Made by a program: the position numbers and the translations under genes
NCBI GenBank assembly: GCA_963754085.1
Contig: CAVWFA010000012.1
Coordinates: forward strand, 38,638-102,637
DNA: 64,000 bases
Origin: Candidatus Aminicenantes bacterium
GTDB lineage: Bacteria > Acidobacteriota > Aminicenantia > Aminicenantales > Saccharicenantaceae
Direction: 5' to 3'
The notes under the pieces: model-generated
What the model was told of the DNA's origin: nothing
The model's input: the letters and a program-made list of their open reading frames with translations, nothing else
The model's database searches: none
In this document: one piece after another, positions 1 through 9,419 of the stretch
Position numbering within the stretch: position 1 is the stretch's first letter
How the letters are laid out: each line of letters opens with the position of its first letter

Positions 1-188
1 TTCTTATCCGTCACATGGACCTGGAGGAGCTTCAGGACGACGTTGACCTCGTACTGGAGCGGCTTGGCCGGCGCCTGGGCGGCTTGGGCCTGGGATGAGG
101 GCCTCGGGCCGCCGGCTGTGGCGGACGCGCCGGAAACGGCGAACAGGAGGGCTAGGATCCCGGCGAGCGTTCCGAAGCGCTTTTTCAT
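1..188 (-). CDS. Partial secreted protein; only the N-terminus lies in the window (MKKRFGTLAGILALLFAVSGASA...YEVNVVLKLLQVHVTDK). It resembles the N-terminus of Acidobacterial VWA-domain proteins.
   Basis: Translated by hand from the reverse strand. An ATG start (complement of 186-188) is followed by a signal-peptide-like segment. The gene runs off the 5' edge of the window. Confidence 0.4.
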   Translation of the reverse strand, partial: MKKRFGTLAGILALLFAVSGASATAGGPRPSSQAQAAQAPAKPLQYEVNVVLKLLQVHVTDK

Positions 189-253
189 CGCATAACGTCC
201 CTTCTAAGCATGTGTCCCGGCCGCCCCTTTGTCAAGGTCGCGGAAGACAAGAG

Positions 254-345
254 GGGGTCAAACCTAAATTCTTATAATTTTCCGGCGGTGCTGCGACACC
301 TGAATATGGGGAGCTCGAAAATAATAAGAATTTAGGTTTGACCCC
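254..345. repeat. Foldback element family A, copy A1. Arms are GGGGGTCAAACCTAAATTCTTATAATTTTC and GAAAATAATAAGAATTTAGGTTTGACCCC, around a unique 34-nt GC-rich core.
   Basis: An inverted repeat of about 29 bp read directly from the sequence, with one mismatch. The conserved AAGA-G-GGGG lead-in lies at 249-257. Confidence 0.85.
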
Positions 346-381
346 GGGAGGATTGCGGCCTAGAATGGCCGTGAAGGGCGA

Positions 382-573
382 ATGACAATGATCAGCCGGT
401 TCGCGGTCCCGTTCGTGATACTGGCCGTCCTCTTCCTGCCCCTGCCCTTCGCCCTTGGCTCGATCGTCTTCGGCATCCTTCTCGCGGTCCGGCCGCGAGG
501 CGAGCTCTGCGTCGACCGGGCCCCCTCCTCAGGCCTCGCCGGTCCGACCCTCCTCCGCAGTCCGCCTCGCTGA
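382..573 (+). CDS. Possible small two-helix membrane protein of 63 aa.
   Basis: An ORF with two hydrophobic stretches. No homology is recognised, and it could be spurious. Confidence 0.2.
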   Translation: MTMISRFAVPFVILAVLFLPLPFALGSIVFGILLAVRPRGELCVDRAPSSGLAGPTLLRSPPR

Positions 574-631
574 CCTCCTCCATCTCCCCGCCTGCCGCGC
601 TGAGATCCCTGTCTAGAGAGGAGGACCCCCG

Positions 632-3153
632 ATGAGTGAAACGACGACCGCTGCCCCCGACGGGCGCAGCCCTGTCATGAAACGTCCGCCTTCGGCCTTG
701 TCGGCCAAGCTCAAGACCGCCTTCAACCGCTTTCGCGGCGTTCCCGTCGAAACCGACCTTGCGGCGTATGCGAGGACGGTCCGATCGATCCGCGCGGCGC
801 ACGAGGGCGGGGAGATCGCGGCGATCGCCGACGCCGAGATCGCCCGGCGGGCCGCGGCGCTCCGCCGGCCGCCGGCGGACGGGGCCTCCGTTCCGCCGTC
901 GCGGGAAGACGAGCGCGTGCGCGTCGCCATCTTCGCCCTGGCGCTCGAAGCCGCCCGCCGCGCGACCGGGCTCGACGCCCACGACGTCCAGATCATCGCC
1001 GGTCTGGCCATGACCGACGGCCGGATCGCCGAGCTCCCGACGGGGGAGGGCAAGACGCTGGCGGCGGTGTTCTCCGCCTCTTACTTCGCGCTACTCGGCC
1101 GGCCCGTCCACGTCCTGACCTTCAACGATTACCTGGCCCGCCGCGACGCGGTCTGGATGGGCCCGGCCTACCGCCTCCTCGGCCTGTCCGTCGGCGCCGT
1201 CCAGGAGGCCCCGGACAAGGCCGCCAAGAAGGCCGCCTACGCCTGCGATATCACGTATGCCACCGCCAAGGAGGCCGGCTTCGACTACCTGCGGGATCGG
1301 CTGGCTTACGAGCCCGGCGAACTCGTCCACCGGCCTTTCGCCGTGGCCCTCGTCGATGAGGCCGACTCCATCCTCATCGACGAAGCCCGTATCCCGCTCG
1401 TCATCTCCGGGACCTCCGGAGCGACCGGACCCGATGTCTCGCGGCTGGCCGCCGTCGTCCGGGACCTCGAGCGGGGCCGCGACTTCGTGACGGACGCCGA
1501 GAACGCCAACGTCTTCCCGACCGACGCGGGCATCCGCCGCGTCGAGTCGGCCCTCGGCTGCGGCAACCTGTTCACGCCGGAGAACGAGACGCTCCTGGCC
1601 GCGGTCCACTGCGCCCTCCACGCCGGGCTCCTGCTCGAGCGCGACGTCGATTACATCGTCCGCGACGGCCGCATCGAGATCGTCGACGAGTTCACCGGCC
1701 GGGTCATGGACAAGCGGCATTGGCCCGACGGCCTCCAGGCCGCCGTCGAGGCCAAGGAGGGGGTGCGGCGCGGCTCCGAGGGGCGCATCCTCGGGTCGAT
1801 CACGCTCCAGCACTTCTTCCGGCTCTATCCGACGCTCTGCGGCATGACGGCCACGGCCGAGCCCTCGGCGCGAGAGCTCAAGGAATTCTACGGCCTCGGC
1901 GTCGTCGTCGTGCCGTCCCACCGGCCGTGCGTGCGCCGGGACCTGCCCGACGTCGTTTTCACGCATCGGGAGGCCCGGCGAACGGCCCTCGTCCGGGAGA
2001 TCGCCGCGTGTCGGGCCGCGGGCCGTCCCGTGCTCGTCGGGACGTCGAGCGTCCGGGAATCGGAAGAGCTCGCCGCGGCCCTGACCGGGCGGGCGTCCCC
2101 GTGCGAGGTCCTCAACGCCAAGAACGACGAGCTCGAAGCCGGGATCATCGCCCGGGCCGGCGTCCCGGGCGCCGTGACCATATCGACCAACATGGCCGGG
2201 CGCGGCACGGACATCAAGCTCGGCGGGCCGAACAACCCGGTTGTCGCGGACGAAGAAGAGCACGACCGGGTGGCCGGCCTCGGGGGGCTCATTGTCATCG
2301 GTACGAACCGGCACGAGAGCCTGCGCATCGACAGCCAGCTCCGCGGCCGGGCCGGCCGCCAGGGCGATCCCGGCTCGTCCGGTTCTTCATCAGCCTCGAG
2401 GACGATATCTTCGAGCGCTACGGGCTCACCCGCCGGCTGTTTTCCCGTTACAGGCTCGCGCGAAGCGCCGCTCCCGTCGACAACGAGCTCCTGCGCAAGG
2501 AGATCGTCCACGGCCAGCGTGTCATCGAGGGCCGCAATCTGGACATCCGCCGGGCGCTCTGGGATTATTCGACGCTCGTCGAAACGCAGAGGCGGATCGT
2601 CGCCGGCTGGCGCGACGCGGTCTTCGCTCCCGACGGGGGAGAGGCCGGTTCGCCTTTCCGAGTGGCGCCGGAGCTCGCGGAGGCGGGAACCGCCAAGCTG
2701 GGGCGGGATGCGTTCGAGCGGCTCGTCCGGCGGGCCGCGCTCTACCACATCGACGACGCCTGGACCGACCACCTGGCCTGGCTGGCCGACCTCCGCGAGG
2801 GGATCCACCTCGTCTCCATCGGGCGGAAGGAGCCGCTCCAGGAATTTCAAAAGGCCGCGACCGACGCCTTCCTCGAGCTCGAGGACAGGATCGGGGGCGC
2901 GATCGATGGCACGCTCCGTTCCCTCGTCGCCCGTGAGGGCCCGATCGACCTCGAGGCGGCTGGCCTGAAGGGGCCGTCGTCGACCTGGACCTACCTCGTC
3001 AACGAGGACCAGTTCGGCTGGGGCGTCGAGCTGCTCAAGGGGACGAACATCGGCGTCGCCGCGGGGGCCGCGGCGTTTTACGGCCCCCTGTTCCTCCTGG
3101 CCCTCATCGCCAATCGCTTTAAAAGGAAAGATAAAGAAGGGGTCAAACCTTAA
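632..3153 (+). CDS. secA: Preprotein translocase ATPase SecA. The reading frame is interrupted by a 1-bp deletion near 2378-2383, within GDPGSS|RFFISLEDD. The stop codon lies inside foldback element A2.
   Basis: The N-terminal motor motifs (GEGKTLAAVFSASYFALLGRPVHVLTFNDYLA, DEADSILIDEARIPLVISG) and the downstream GRAGRQGDPGSS...RFFISLEDD segment are in two different frames, which can be joined by adding a single C. A GAGGAGG RBS lies upstream of the ATG at 632. Confidence 0.85.
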
Positions 3154-3233
3154 TTCTTATAATATTTCCACGCAATTGGGACGAGCAAGGCCGTAGGGAT
3201 TTTCGAAAATTATAAGAATTAAGGTTTGACCCC
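3139..3233. repeat. Foldback element family A, copy A2. Its arm type is the same as A1 and A4.
   Basis: GGGGTCAAACCTTAATTCTTATAATATTTCC ... GAAAATTATAAGAATTAAGGTTTGACCCC. The secA stop codon TAA (3151-3153) lies inside the left arm. Confidence 0.85.
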
Positions 3234-3299
3234 TTCCGAATTGACAGGGCCGGCGGGGGCGGATAGAGTAAGAACTCCGTCGCTCCGGAGGAAGGACCG

Positions 3300-4727
3300 A
3301 TGACGAACGAGCCGACCAAGGCCCCGGCCGCACCCGCCAGCGGGCTCGAGCGCAAGCTCGGGCTCTTCCCGCTGACCAACATCGTCATCGCCAACATGGT
3401 CGGCGCCGGCATCTTCACGACCTCGGGCCTGCTGATGGCGGACCTCCACAGCCCCCTGATCATGCTCGGCCTCTGGCTCGTCGGCGGCCTCGTCGCCCTG
3501 TGCGGCGCCCTGAGCTACGGCGAGCTCGGCGCCGCTTTCCCGCAGGCCGGCGGGGAGTATGCGTTCCTGTCGCGCCTCTACCATCCCGTCCTCGGCTTCC
3601 TGTCCGGCTGGGTCTCGTTCTTCGTCGGTTTCTCCGCCCCCATCGCCGCTTCGGCCATCGGCTTTTCCGAGTACCTGACCCGGGCTTTCCCCGGCCTGCT
3701 CCATCCCGGCCTCTTCCCCGGCCCTCACGAAGCCGCGGCCATGAAGAAGCTCTACGCCATCCTCATCATCGCCGCCTTCACTTTCCTCCATACCCGCGGC
3801 CTCGAAGCCGGGGCCCGCGTCCAGAACGCCCTGACCGGACTGAAGATCCTCCTCATCGTCGGTCTCGTCGCCGCGGGCTTCGCCTTCGGAAAAGGGAGCC
3901 TGGCCCATCTCACCTCCGCGGCGCCGTTCCGCTTCGACTTCGCCGGCATCAAGACGATGGGCCTGTCGCTGATGTGGATCATGTTCGCCTACAGCGGCTG
4001 GAACGCCTCGGCCTACGTCGGCTCCGAGGTCCGCGACCCCTCGCGCAACCTGCCCCGGTCGCTCCTCCTCGGGACGGCCGTGGTCATGATCCTCTATGTC
4101 GCCCTCAACCTCTTCTACATCTACGCCATCCCGCCGGCCCAGATGGAAGGCGTCATCTCCGTCGGAGGCCTGGCCGCCGGGAATCTGTTCGGCAGGTCCG
4201 CCGAGACCGTCCTGTCCCTCCTCATTTCGTTCGCCCTCTTCTCCTCCCTCAGCGCCTACCTCATTCTCGGCCCGCGCGTCTACTACTCGATGGCCCGGGA
4301 CGGCATCTTCTTCAAATCCATCGCCTATGTCGACCCGAAGTGCAGCGTGCCGACCCGGTCGATCGTCTTGCAGGGGGGGATCGCCGCGGTCATGGTTCTC
4401 TTCGGGACCTTCGAGCAGCTCCTGACCTACATGGGCTTCTCCCTGGGCTTGTTCCCGCTCCTGGCCGTGTTCGGCGTCTTCAAGCTGCGCCGGACGGGCC
4501 GAAGCGCCGTGAAGCTCCCGGGCTATCCGGTCGCCCCCGCCGTCTATCTCCTCGTTGGCACGGCCATCCTGGTCCTGTCGTTCCTGCACAAGCCCGTTCC
4601 GTCCCTGGTCGCGATCGCTACCGCCCTGGTCGGCCTCCCCGTGTACCTCCTGTTCAAGTGGCGAGGGAGCCGGGCTGGCCGAGCCCCCGGGAGCCCCCCG
4701 CCCCCCGCTTCCCGCCGACTTGACTAA
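3300..4727 (+). CDS. APC-family amino acid permease.
   Basis: A 475-aa polytopic membrane protein. The N-terminal amino-acid-permease signature LFPLTNIVIANMVGAGIFTTSG is present. Confidence 0.75.
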   Translation: MTNEPTKAPAAPASGLERKLGLFPLTNIVIANMVGAGIFTTSGLLMADLHSPLIMLGLWLVGGLVALCGALSYGELGAAFPQAGGEYAFLSRLYHPVLGFLSGWVSFFVGFSAPIAASAIGFSEYLTRAFPGLLHPGLFPGPHEAAAMKKLYAILIIAAFTFLHTRGLEAGARVQNALTGLKILLIVGLVAAGFAFGKGSLAHLTSAAPFRFDFAGIKTMGLSLMWIMFAYSGWNASAYVGSEVRDPSRNLPRSLLLGTAVVMILYVALNLFYIYAIPPAQMEGVISVGGLAAGNLFGRSAETVLSLLISFALFSSLSAYLILGPRVYYSMARDGIFFKSIAYVDPKCSVPTRSIVLQGGIAAVMVLFGTFEQLLTYMGFSLGLFPLLAVFGVFKLRRTGRSAVKLPGYPVAPAVYLLVGTAILVLSFLHKPVPSLVAIATALVGLPVYLLFKWRGSRAGRAPGSPPPPASRRLD

Positions 4728-4801
4728 TAGGGGGCATCCGCCTATCCTTGTTGCCGTAGGAATGGGGCGAATTTTCCAGGCTTGGTTAGCGGGAGTGCTG
4801 C

Positions 4802-5770
4802 ATGCAGAGCGTTGAGACCGGACCGGGGACGCTGACGAGAAGGACAGCCGCTCCAGCGGCCGCGTTCCTCCTCCTGGCCGTCCTGGCCGGCGGTTGCTCC
4901 ATCGAAAAGATGGCCCTGAACAAGGCCGCCGGGATGCTCTCCGGCTCGGGCTCGGCCGACGTCTTCAGCTCGGACAACGACCCCGACCTCGTCGGCGAGG
5001 CCCTGCCTTTCGCCATCAAGTTCTACGAGTCGCTCCTGGCCTCGGTGCCCGACCACGCCGGCCTGCGACTCCGTACGGGCAGCCTTTACATCATGTACGC
5101 CAACGCCTTCGTCGAGACGCCCGCCGACATGATCCCCCGCAGCCGGACCGAAGAGAAGGAGTACCTCATGGCCCGGGCCAAGAACCTCTATCTCCGCGGC
5201 CGGGACATGCTCTTTGTCTCTGTGGAAAAGAAGAATCCTGTGATCCGGCGGCAGCTCAAGGACCGGAAATACAAGGAGGCCATGGCCCCGTTCGGCAAGG
5301 GCGACACCCAGCTGCTCTACTGGACGGCGCTCGGCTGGCTGGCCGCCTTTTCCGTCGATCCCTTCGACATGACCCTCGGCCAGACCGTGCCTCAGACCCG
5401 GGCCATGATCGAGCGGATCGAGGCCCTCGAGCCCGGCTACGGCAACGGCGCCCTCGATGGCTTTTATGTCGGCTATTACGGCTCGCTCCCCGACTATCTC
5501 GGGGGCGACCCGGCCAAGGCCCGGGAGCACTTCGCCCGGGCCCAGGAGCGGGCCGGGAAGACGGACACGTCGTCCCTGCTGTCCCTGGCCACGACCGTCT
5601 GCGTCAAGGAGCAGAACGCGGCCGAGTTCAAGGACCTGCTCGGACGGGTCCTGGCCTTCGATCCGGACAGCAGCCCGTCGACCCGGCTGGTCAACATCCT
5701 CAACCAGCGCAAGGCCCGCTGGCTCCTGGCCCACATCGACGATTATTTCATCGAAATGGAACGCCCATGA
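4802..5770 (+). CDS. TRAP transporter TatT-component-family lipoprotein (TPR-like).
   Basis: A signal peptide carries the lipobox LAGGCS. The protein sits directly upstream of a DctP/DctQM TRAP system, which is the TPAT arrangement. Confidence 0.6.
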   Translation: MQSVETGPGTLTRRTAAPAAAFLLLAVLAGGCSIEKMALNKAAGMLSGSGSADVFSSDNDPDLVGEALPFAIKFYESLLASVPDHAGLRLRTGSLYIMYANAFVETPADMIPRSRTEEKEYLMARAKNLYLRGRDMLFVSVEKKNPVIRRQLKDRKYKEAMAPFGKGDTQLLYWTALGWLAAFSVDPFDMTLGQTVPQTRAMIERIEALEPGYGNGALDGFYVGYYGSLPDYLGGDPAKAREHFARAQERAGKTDTSSLLSLATTVCVKEQNAAEFKDLLGRVLAFDPDSSPSTRLVNILNQRKARWLLAHIDDYFIEMERP

Positions 5771-6777
5771 TCAAGAAGGTTTTCGCAGCGCTCGTCCTCG
5801 CCGGGCTGCTTCAGGCCGGCCCCGCCGCCTCGTCCGGCCCGATCGTGATCAAGATCGGCAGCATCGCCCCCAGCCGCTCGCCCTGGGACAAGGCCCTCCA
5901 GCAGGTGGCCAATGATTGGGAGAAGCTCTCGAACGGGGCCGTGCAGGTCAAGATCTATCCCGGCGGCATCGCCGGGGGCGAGCAGGACATGATCCGGAAG
6001 ATGCGCCTGGGCGTTCTCCAGGGCGGCGTTTTCTCGAGCATGGGCATGGCCAAGATCGATCACTCCCTGATCGTCCTGGCCATCCCCTTCCTGTTTCATT
6101 CCCGCGAAGAGTTCAACGCCGTCTTCGATCAGATAAAGCCGACGCTCGAGAAGCTCATCGAGGCGAAGGGCTTCAAGCCGGTGTTGTGGACGCTCGCCGG
6201 CTGGATCAACTTCTTCTCTAAGGTCCCGGTCGTCGAGCCCGACGACCTCAAGAAGCTCAAGATCAGCACGACGGCCGATTTCCCCGAGGTCGAGCAGGTC
6301 TGGAAGCGCATGGGCTACGAGGCCGTCGCCGGCGACCAGAGCGACCTGATGATCCAGCTCCAGAGCGGCGCGGTCACGGCCCTGTACCTGCCCGCGCTCG
6401 TCGCGGGGTCGGGCCAGTTCTTCGCCCTGGCCCCCCACATGCTCGCGCCGTCCCTGGCCCCTCTCTTCGGGGGGCTCATGCTCAGCGACAAGGCCTGGTC
6501 GTCCATCCCCACCGAGCTGCGCCAGCCTTTCCTCGACGCGGTCGTCGCCGCCTCCCGGGGGCTCTATGAAGAGACCATGGGGCTCGAGGCGGACGCCATC
6601 AAGATGATGAAGGACAACGGGCTGGTCGTCCATGATCCTCCGCCGGCCGCGCTGGTCCGGTGGCGGGAATCGACGGACCGGGCCGTGGCGGGCCTTCTTG
6701 GCACGGTCTTCCCGAAGGAGCTCTACGACCAGGTCATGGGCTATCTCCTGGAATACCGAAAGACCCATGGCCAGTAG
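5767..6777 (+). CDS. TRAP transporter periplasmic solute-binding protein (DctP family).
   Basis: Signal peptide MIKKVFAALVLAGLLQAGPAASS followed by a DctP-like fold. It overlaps the upstream gene by 4 bp. Confidence 0.75.
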   Translation: MIKKVFAALVLAGLLQAGPAASSGPIVIKIGSIAPSRSPWDKALQQVANDWEKLSNGAVQVKIYPGGIAGGEQDMIRKMRLGVLQGGVFSSMGMAKIDHSLIVLAIPFLFHSREEFNAVFDQIKPTLEKLIEAKGFKPVLWTLAGWINFFSKVPVVEPDDLKKLKISTTADFPEVEQVWKRMGYEAVAGDQSDLMIQLQSGAVTALYLPALVAGSGQFFALAPHMLAPSLAPLFGGLMLSDKAWSSIPTELRQPFLDAVVAASRGLYEETMGLEADAIKMMKDNGLVVHDPPPAALVRWRESTDRAVAGLLGTVFPKELYDQVMGYLLEYRKTHGQ

Positions 6778-8623
6778 GTTCGGCCGCGCCGTCCGCGCCG
6801 TCGAGGACAGTCTCGCCATTGCGGCCATCTTCGCCCTCGCGGCGATGCTGCTCGCGGAGGTCGTCGCCCGCAAGGTGTTCAACACCGGGATCCGGGATTC
6901 GGGGGCTTACGTCGAACACCTCGTCCTGGCGGCCACGTTCCTTGCCGGGGCGGTCACGTCGCGCGAGAAGAAGCACCTCGCCCTGGCCACCGGCATGTTC
7001 CTGCCCGAGCGCTTCAAGGCCTATGCCGAGACGGTCACGGCGGTCCTGGCCTCGGCCCTGACGTTCGCCTTCGGGGTGAGCGCCTTGTCATTCGTATGGA
7101 CCGCGTTCGGCCCGGCCGACAGGGTCGGCTTCCTGCCCAAGCGGGCCGTCGTGCTGGTCATGGCGGCCGGCTTCCTGGTCATGAGCGCGCGCTTCGTCAC
7201 GACGATCAGGACGAAGAAGGCCAGGGTCTGGGCGGGGGCCGGGGCCCTCGTCCTGGGCCTCCTTCTCGGCTTCGATCCGCTCGTCCAGCTGTTGACCGCC
7301 GGCGGGACGGCCTCCCGGCCGGTCCTCATCGCGGCCGCGGGGTTCATCAAGCCGCTGGTCGGGGGGGCCGCCGGGCCGCTCATCCTCCTTCTCATCGCGG
7401 CCGCCTTCCTCGGCCTGCCCATCTTCACCGTGCTCGGCGGGATCGGTTTCCTCCTCTTCGCCAAGACCGGGCAGCCCCTCGAGATCATCCCCAACCAGGC
7501 CTACGGGGTCCTGACGGGGAGCGCCATCCCGGCCATCCCGCTGTTCGCGGCGGTCGGCTTTTTCCTGTCCGAGAGCAAAGCGGCGGAGCGAATGGTCCGG
7601 TTCTTCCAGGCCGTGTTCGGCTGGTTCCCGGGCGGGCCGACCGTGATGGCCGTCCTCGTCTGCGCCTTTTTTACGACGTTCACGGGCGCCTCGGGCGTGA
7701 CCATCCTGGCCCTCGGCGGGCTCCTGGCCCTGATCCTGGAGAAATCCGGCTATGCCAAGCGTTTCACGGTCGGCATCCTGACCGCCTCGGGCAGCATCGG
7801 TTTGCTCTTCCCGCCCAGCCTTCCGGTCATCATCTACGGGGTGATCGCCCAGACGAGCATCAAGGACATGTTCGTCGGGGGGTTCCTGCCGGGGGTCTTC
7901 CTGGTCGTCTCCGTCGTCGCCGTCGGTATCGTCTACTCCTTCAAGCACCGGGTTCCGCGCCAGCCGTTCAAGGTCCGGGAGGCGGCGGCCGCGTTCCTGT
8001 CCTCTTTCTGGGAGCTCCTGCTGCCGCTCATCGTCTTCGGCCTCTATTTCGGCGGGATCGTCAGCCTGCAGGAGAGCGCGGCGGCGGCCCTGGTCTACGT
8101 CTGGATCGTCGAGACCTTCGTCAAGAAGGACGTGAAGATCCGCGACCTGCGCCGCATCTTCCTCCACGCCGTGCCCATCATCGGCGGCGTGCTGATCATC
8201 CTGGCCCTGGCCAACGGCCTGTCCTATTACATCATCGACGCCCAGATCCCCCAGAAGCTGAGCGAGTGGGTGGCGGCCAAGATCTCCTCTCCCTACGTGT
8301 TCCTGCTCCTGCTCAACCTGGCCCTGCTCGTCGTCGGCTGCTTCATGGACATCTACTCGGCCATTCTCGTCGTCGTGCCGCTCATCATCCCGCTGGGGAA
8401 CTACTTCCACATCCACCCGGTCCACCTGGGCATCATCTTCCTGGCCAACCTGGAGCTCGGATACCTGACGCCGCCGGTCGGGTTGAACCTGTATCTCGCC
8501 TCCTACCGCTTCAACGAGCCCCTGCCCCGGGTCTACAAGGACGTGCTGATCTTCCTCGGCATCGGGCTGGTGGCGGTGCTGCTCATCACCTACGTGCCCT
8601 TCCTGACCATGGCGCTGCTATAA
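6767..8623 (+). CDS. TRAP transporter fused small/large permease (DctQM).
   Basis: A 618-aa polytopic protein with a DctQ-like N-terminus and a DctM-like C-terminus. It overlaps the dctP stop. Confidence 0.75.
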   Translation: MASRFGRAVRAVEDSLAIAAIFALAAMLLAEVVARKVFNTGIRDSGAYVEHLVLAATFLAGAVTSREKKHLALATGMFLPERFKAYAETVTAVLASALTFAFGVSALSFVWTAFGPADRVGFLPKRAVVLVMAAGFLVMSARFVTTIRTKKARVWAGAGALVLGLLLGFDPLVQLLTAGGTASRPVLIAAAGFIKPLVGGAAGPLILLLIAAAFLGLPIFTVLGGIGFLLFAKTGQPLEIIPNQAYGVLTGSAIPAIPLFAAVGFFLSESKAAERMVRFFQAVFGWFPGGPTVMAVLVCAFFTTFTGASGVTILALGGLLALILEKSGYAKRFTVGILTASGSIGLLFPPSLPVIIYGVIAQTSIKDMFVGGFLPGVFLVVSVVAVGIVYSFKHRVPRQPFKVREAAAAFLSSFWELLLPLIVFGLYFGGIVSLQESAAAALVYVWIVETFVKKDVKIRDLRRIFLHAVPIIGGVLIILALANGLSYYIIDAQIPQKLSEWVAAKISSPYVFLLLLNLALLVVGCFMDIYSAILVVVPLIIPLGNYFHIHPVHLGIIFLANLELGYLTPPVGLNLYLASYRFNEPLPRVYKDVLIFLGIGLVAVLLITYVPFLTMALL

Positions 8624-8625
8624 GA

Positions 8626-8712
8626 GGGGGTCAAACCTATACCTTTTTAATTTCATTCTTTGGCGAAGGTCGGGGCTAAGTCGCGAAATTAAAAAGGTAT
8701 AGGTTTGACCCC
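8626..8712. repeat. Foldback element family A, copy A3 (arm type 2, CTATACCTTTTTAATTT).
   Basis: GGGGGTCAAACCTATACCTTTTTAATTTC ... GAAATTAAAAAGGTATAGGTTTGACCCC around a unique 30-nt core. It starts 3 nt after the dctQM stop codon. Confidence 0.85.
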
Positions 8713-8715
8713 ATC

Positions 8716-9063
8716 CTATTTATCCCTATTGAAGTGGGGCAGGTCCCAGGGGATCTCGAGGGAGAGCTCGACGAAGCCGGCGTAAACGCCGTCCCGGAAC
8801 CAGGGCGCCTGGTAGATCAGCTTCTTCTTGCCGTTCTTCTGAATGGTGTAAACGTTCGTCCGCCGTTCCGCCATCATCCCCGCGAGCTGCGTGCGGCTCG
8901 GCTCGGGATGGCAGTCGAAGACGTTCGTGCCGATGAGGGCCGCTCCGCCGTCGGCCGCGAAGACCTCGCGCGCCCGCCCGTTCAGTTCGAGGATCCGGCC
9001 CTCGGTGTCGCAGACCGTGACCGCGCCCGGGAATTCCCGGACCCACGCCTGGTCGCTCATGAC
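8716..9063 (-). CDS. PAS-domain protein of 115 aa.
   Basis: MSDQAWVREFPGAVTVCDTEGRILELNGRAREVF... is a PAS-like sequence. Confidence 0.5.
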   Translation of the reverse strand, partial: VMSDQAWVREFPGAVTVCDTEGRILELNGRAREVFAADGGAALIGTNVFDCHPEPSRTQLAGMMAERRTNVYTIQKNGKKKLIYQAPWFRDGVYAGFVELSLEIPWDLPHFNRDK

Positions 9064-9419
9064 CTCTCCTTTTTCGCCCGCCCCTTGAACAGGGCCCGTA
9101 CGGCGTACCCCGCGTAGCCGGCCAAGCCGGCCGAGAGCGCCGCGACGAGCGCCGTGGCCGCGAGGACCGTCCAAGGCCGGTCCAGACCGAACATCCGGGC
9201 CATCCTGTCCGCGATGAGCTCGCTCCCGGTGAGATAGAAATAGGTCCCGGCCCCGAGCCACAGGAGCCCCGCCGCGAAGAGGCCGGTGCGGATCGCCCTC
9301 CAGCCGCTCGTCGCCGCGGCCGCGCCGTAGGCGAAGGGGACGATCATGATCCACCACCAGTAAGGGGCCACGAGCTGGAGGGCCAGCAAAGCCAGAAGGC
9401 ACACGAGCGTCGCGATCAT
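9057..9419 (-). CDS. Small hydrophobic membrane protein of 120 aa.
   Basis: Three to four predicted TM helices. It overlaps both flanking genes by a few bp, which suggests an operon. Confidence 0.4.
   Translation of the reverse strand: MIATLVCLLALLALQLVAPYWWWIMIVPFAYGAAAATSGWRAIRTGLFAAGLLWLGAGTYFYLTGSELIADRMARMFGLDRPWTVLAATALVAALSAGLAGYAGYAVRALFKGRAKKERS

Noticed and set aside
3219-4589. The 456-aa acidic (Glu/Asp/Gly-rich) ORF on the minus strand.
   Set aside because: It is antisense to the well-conserved APC permease and has low-complexity composition.
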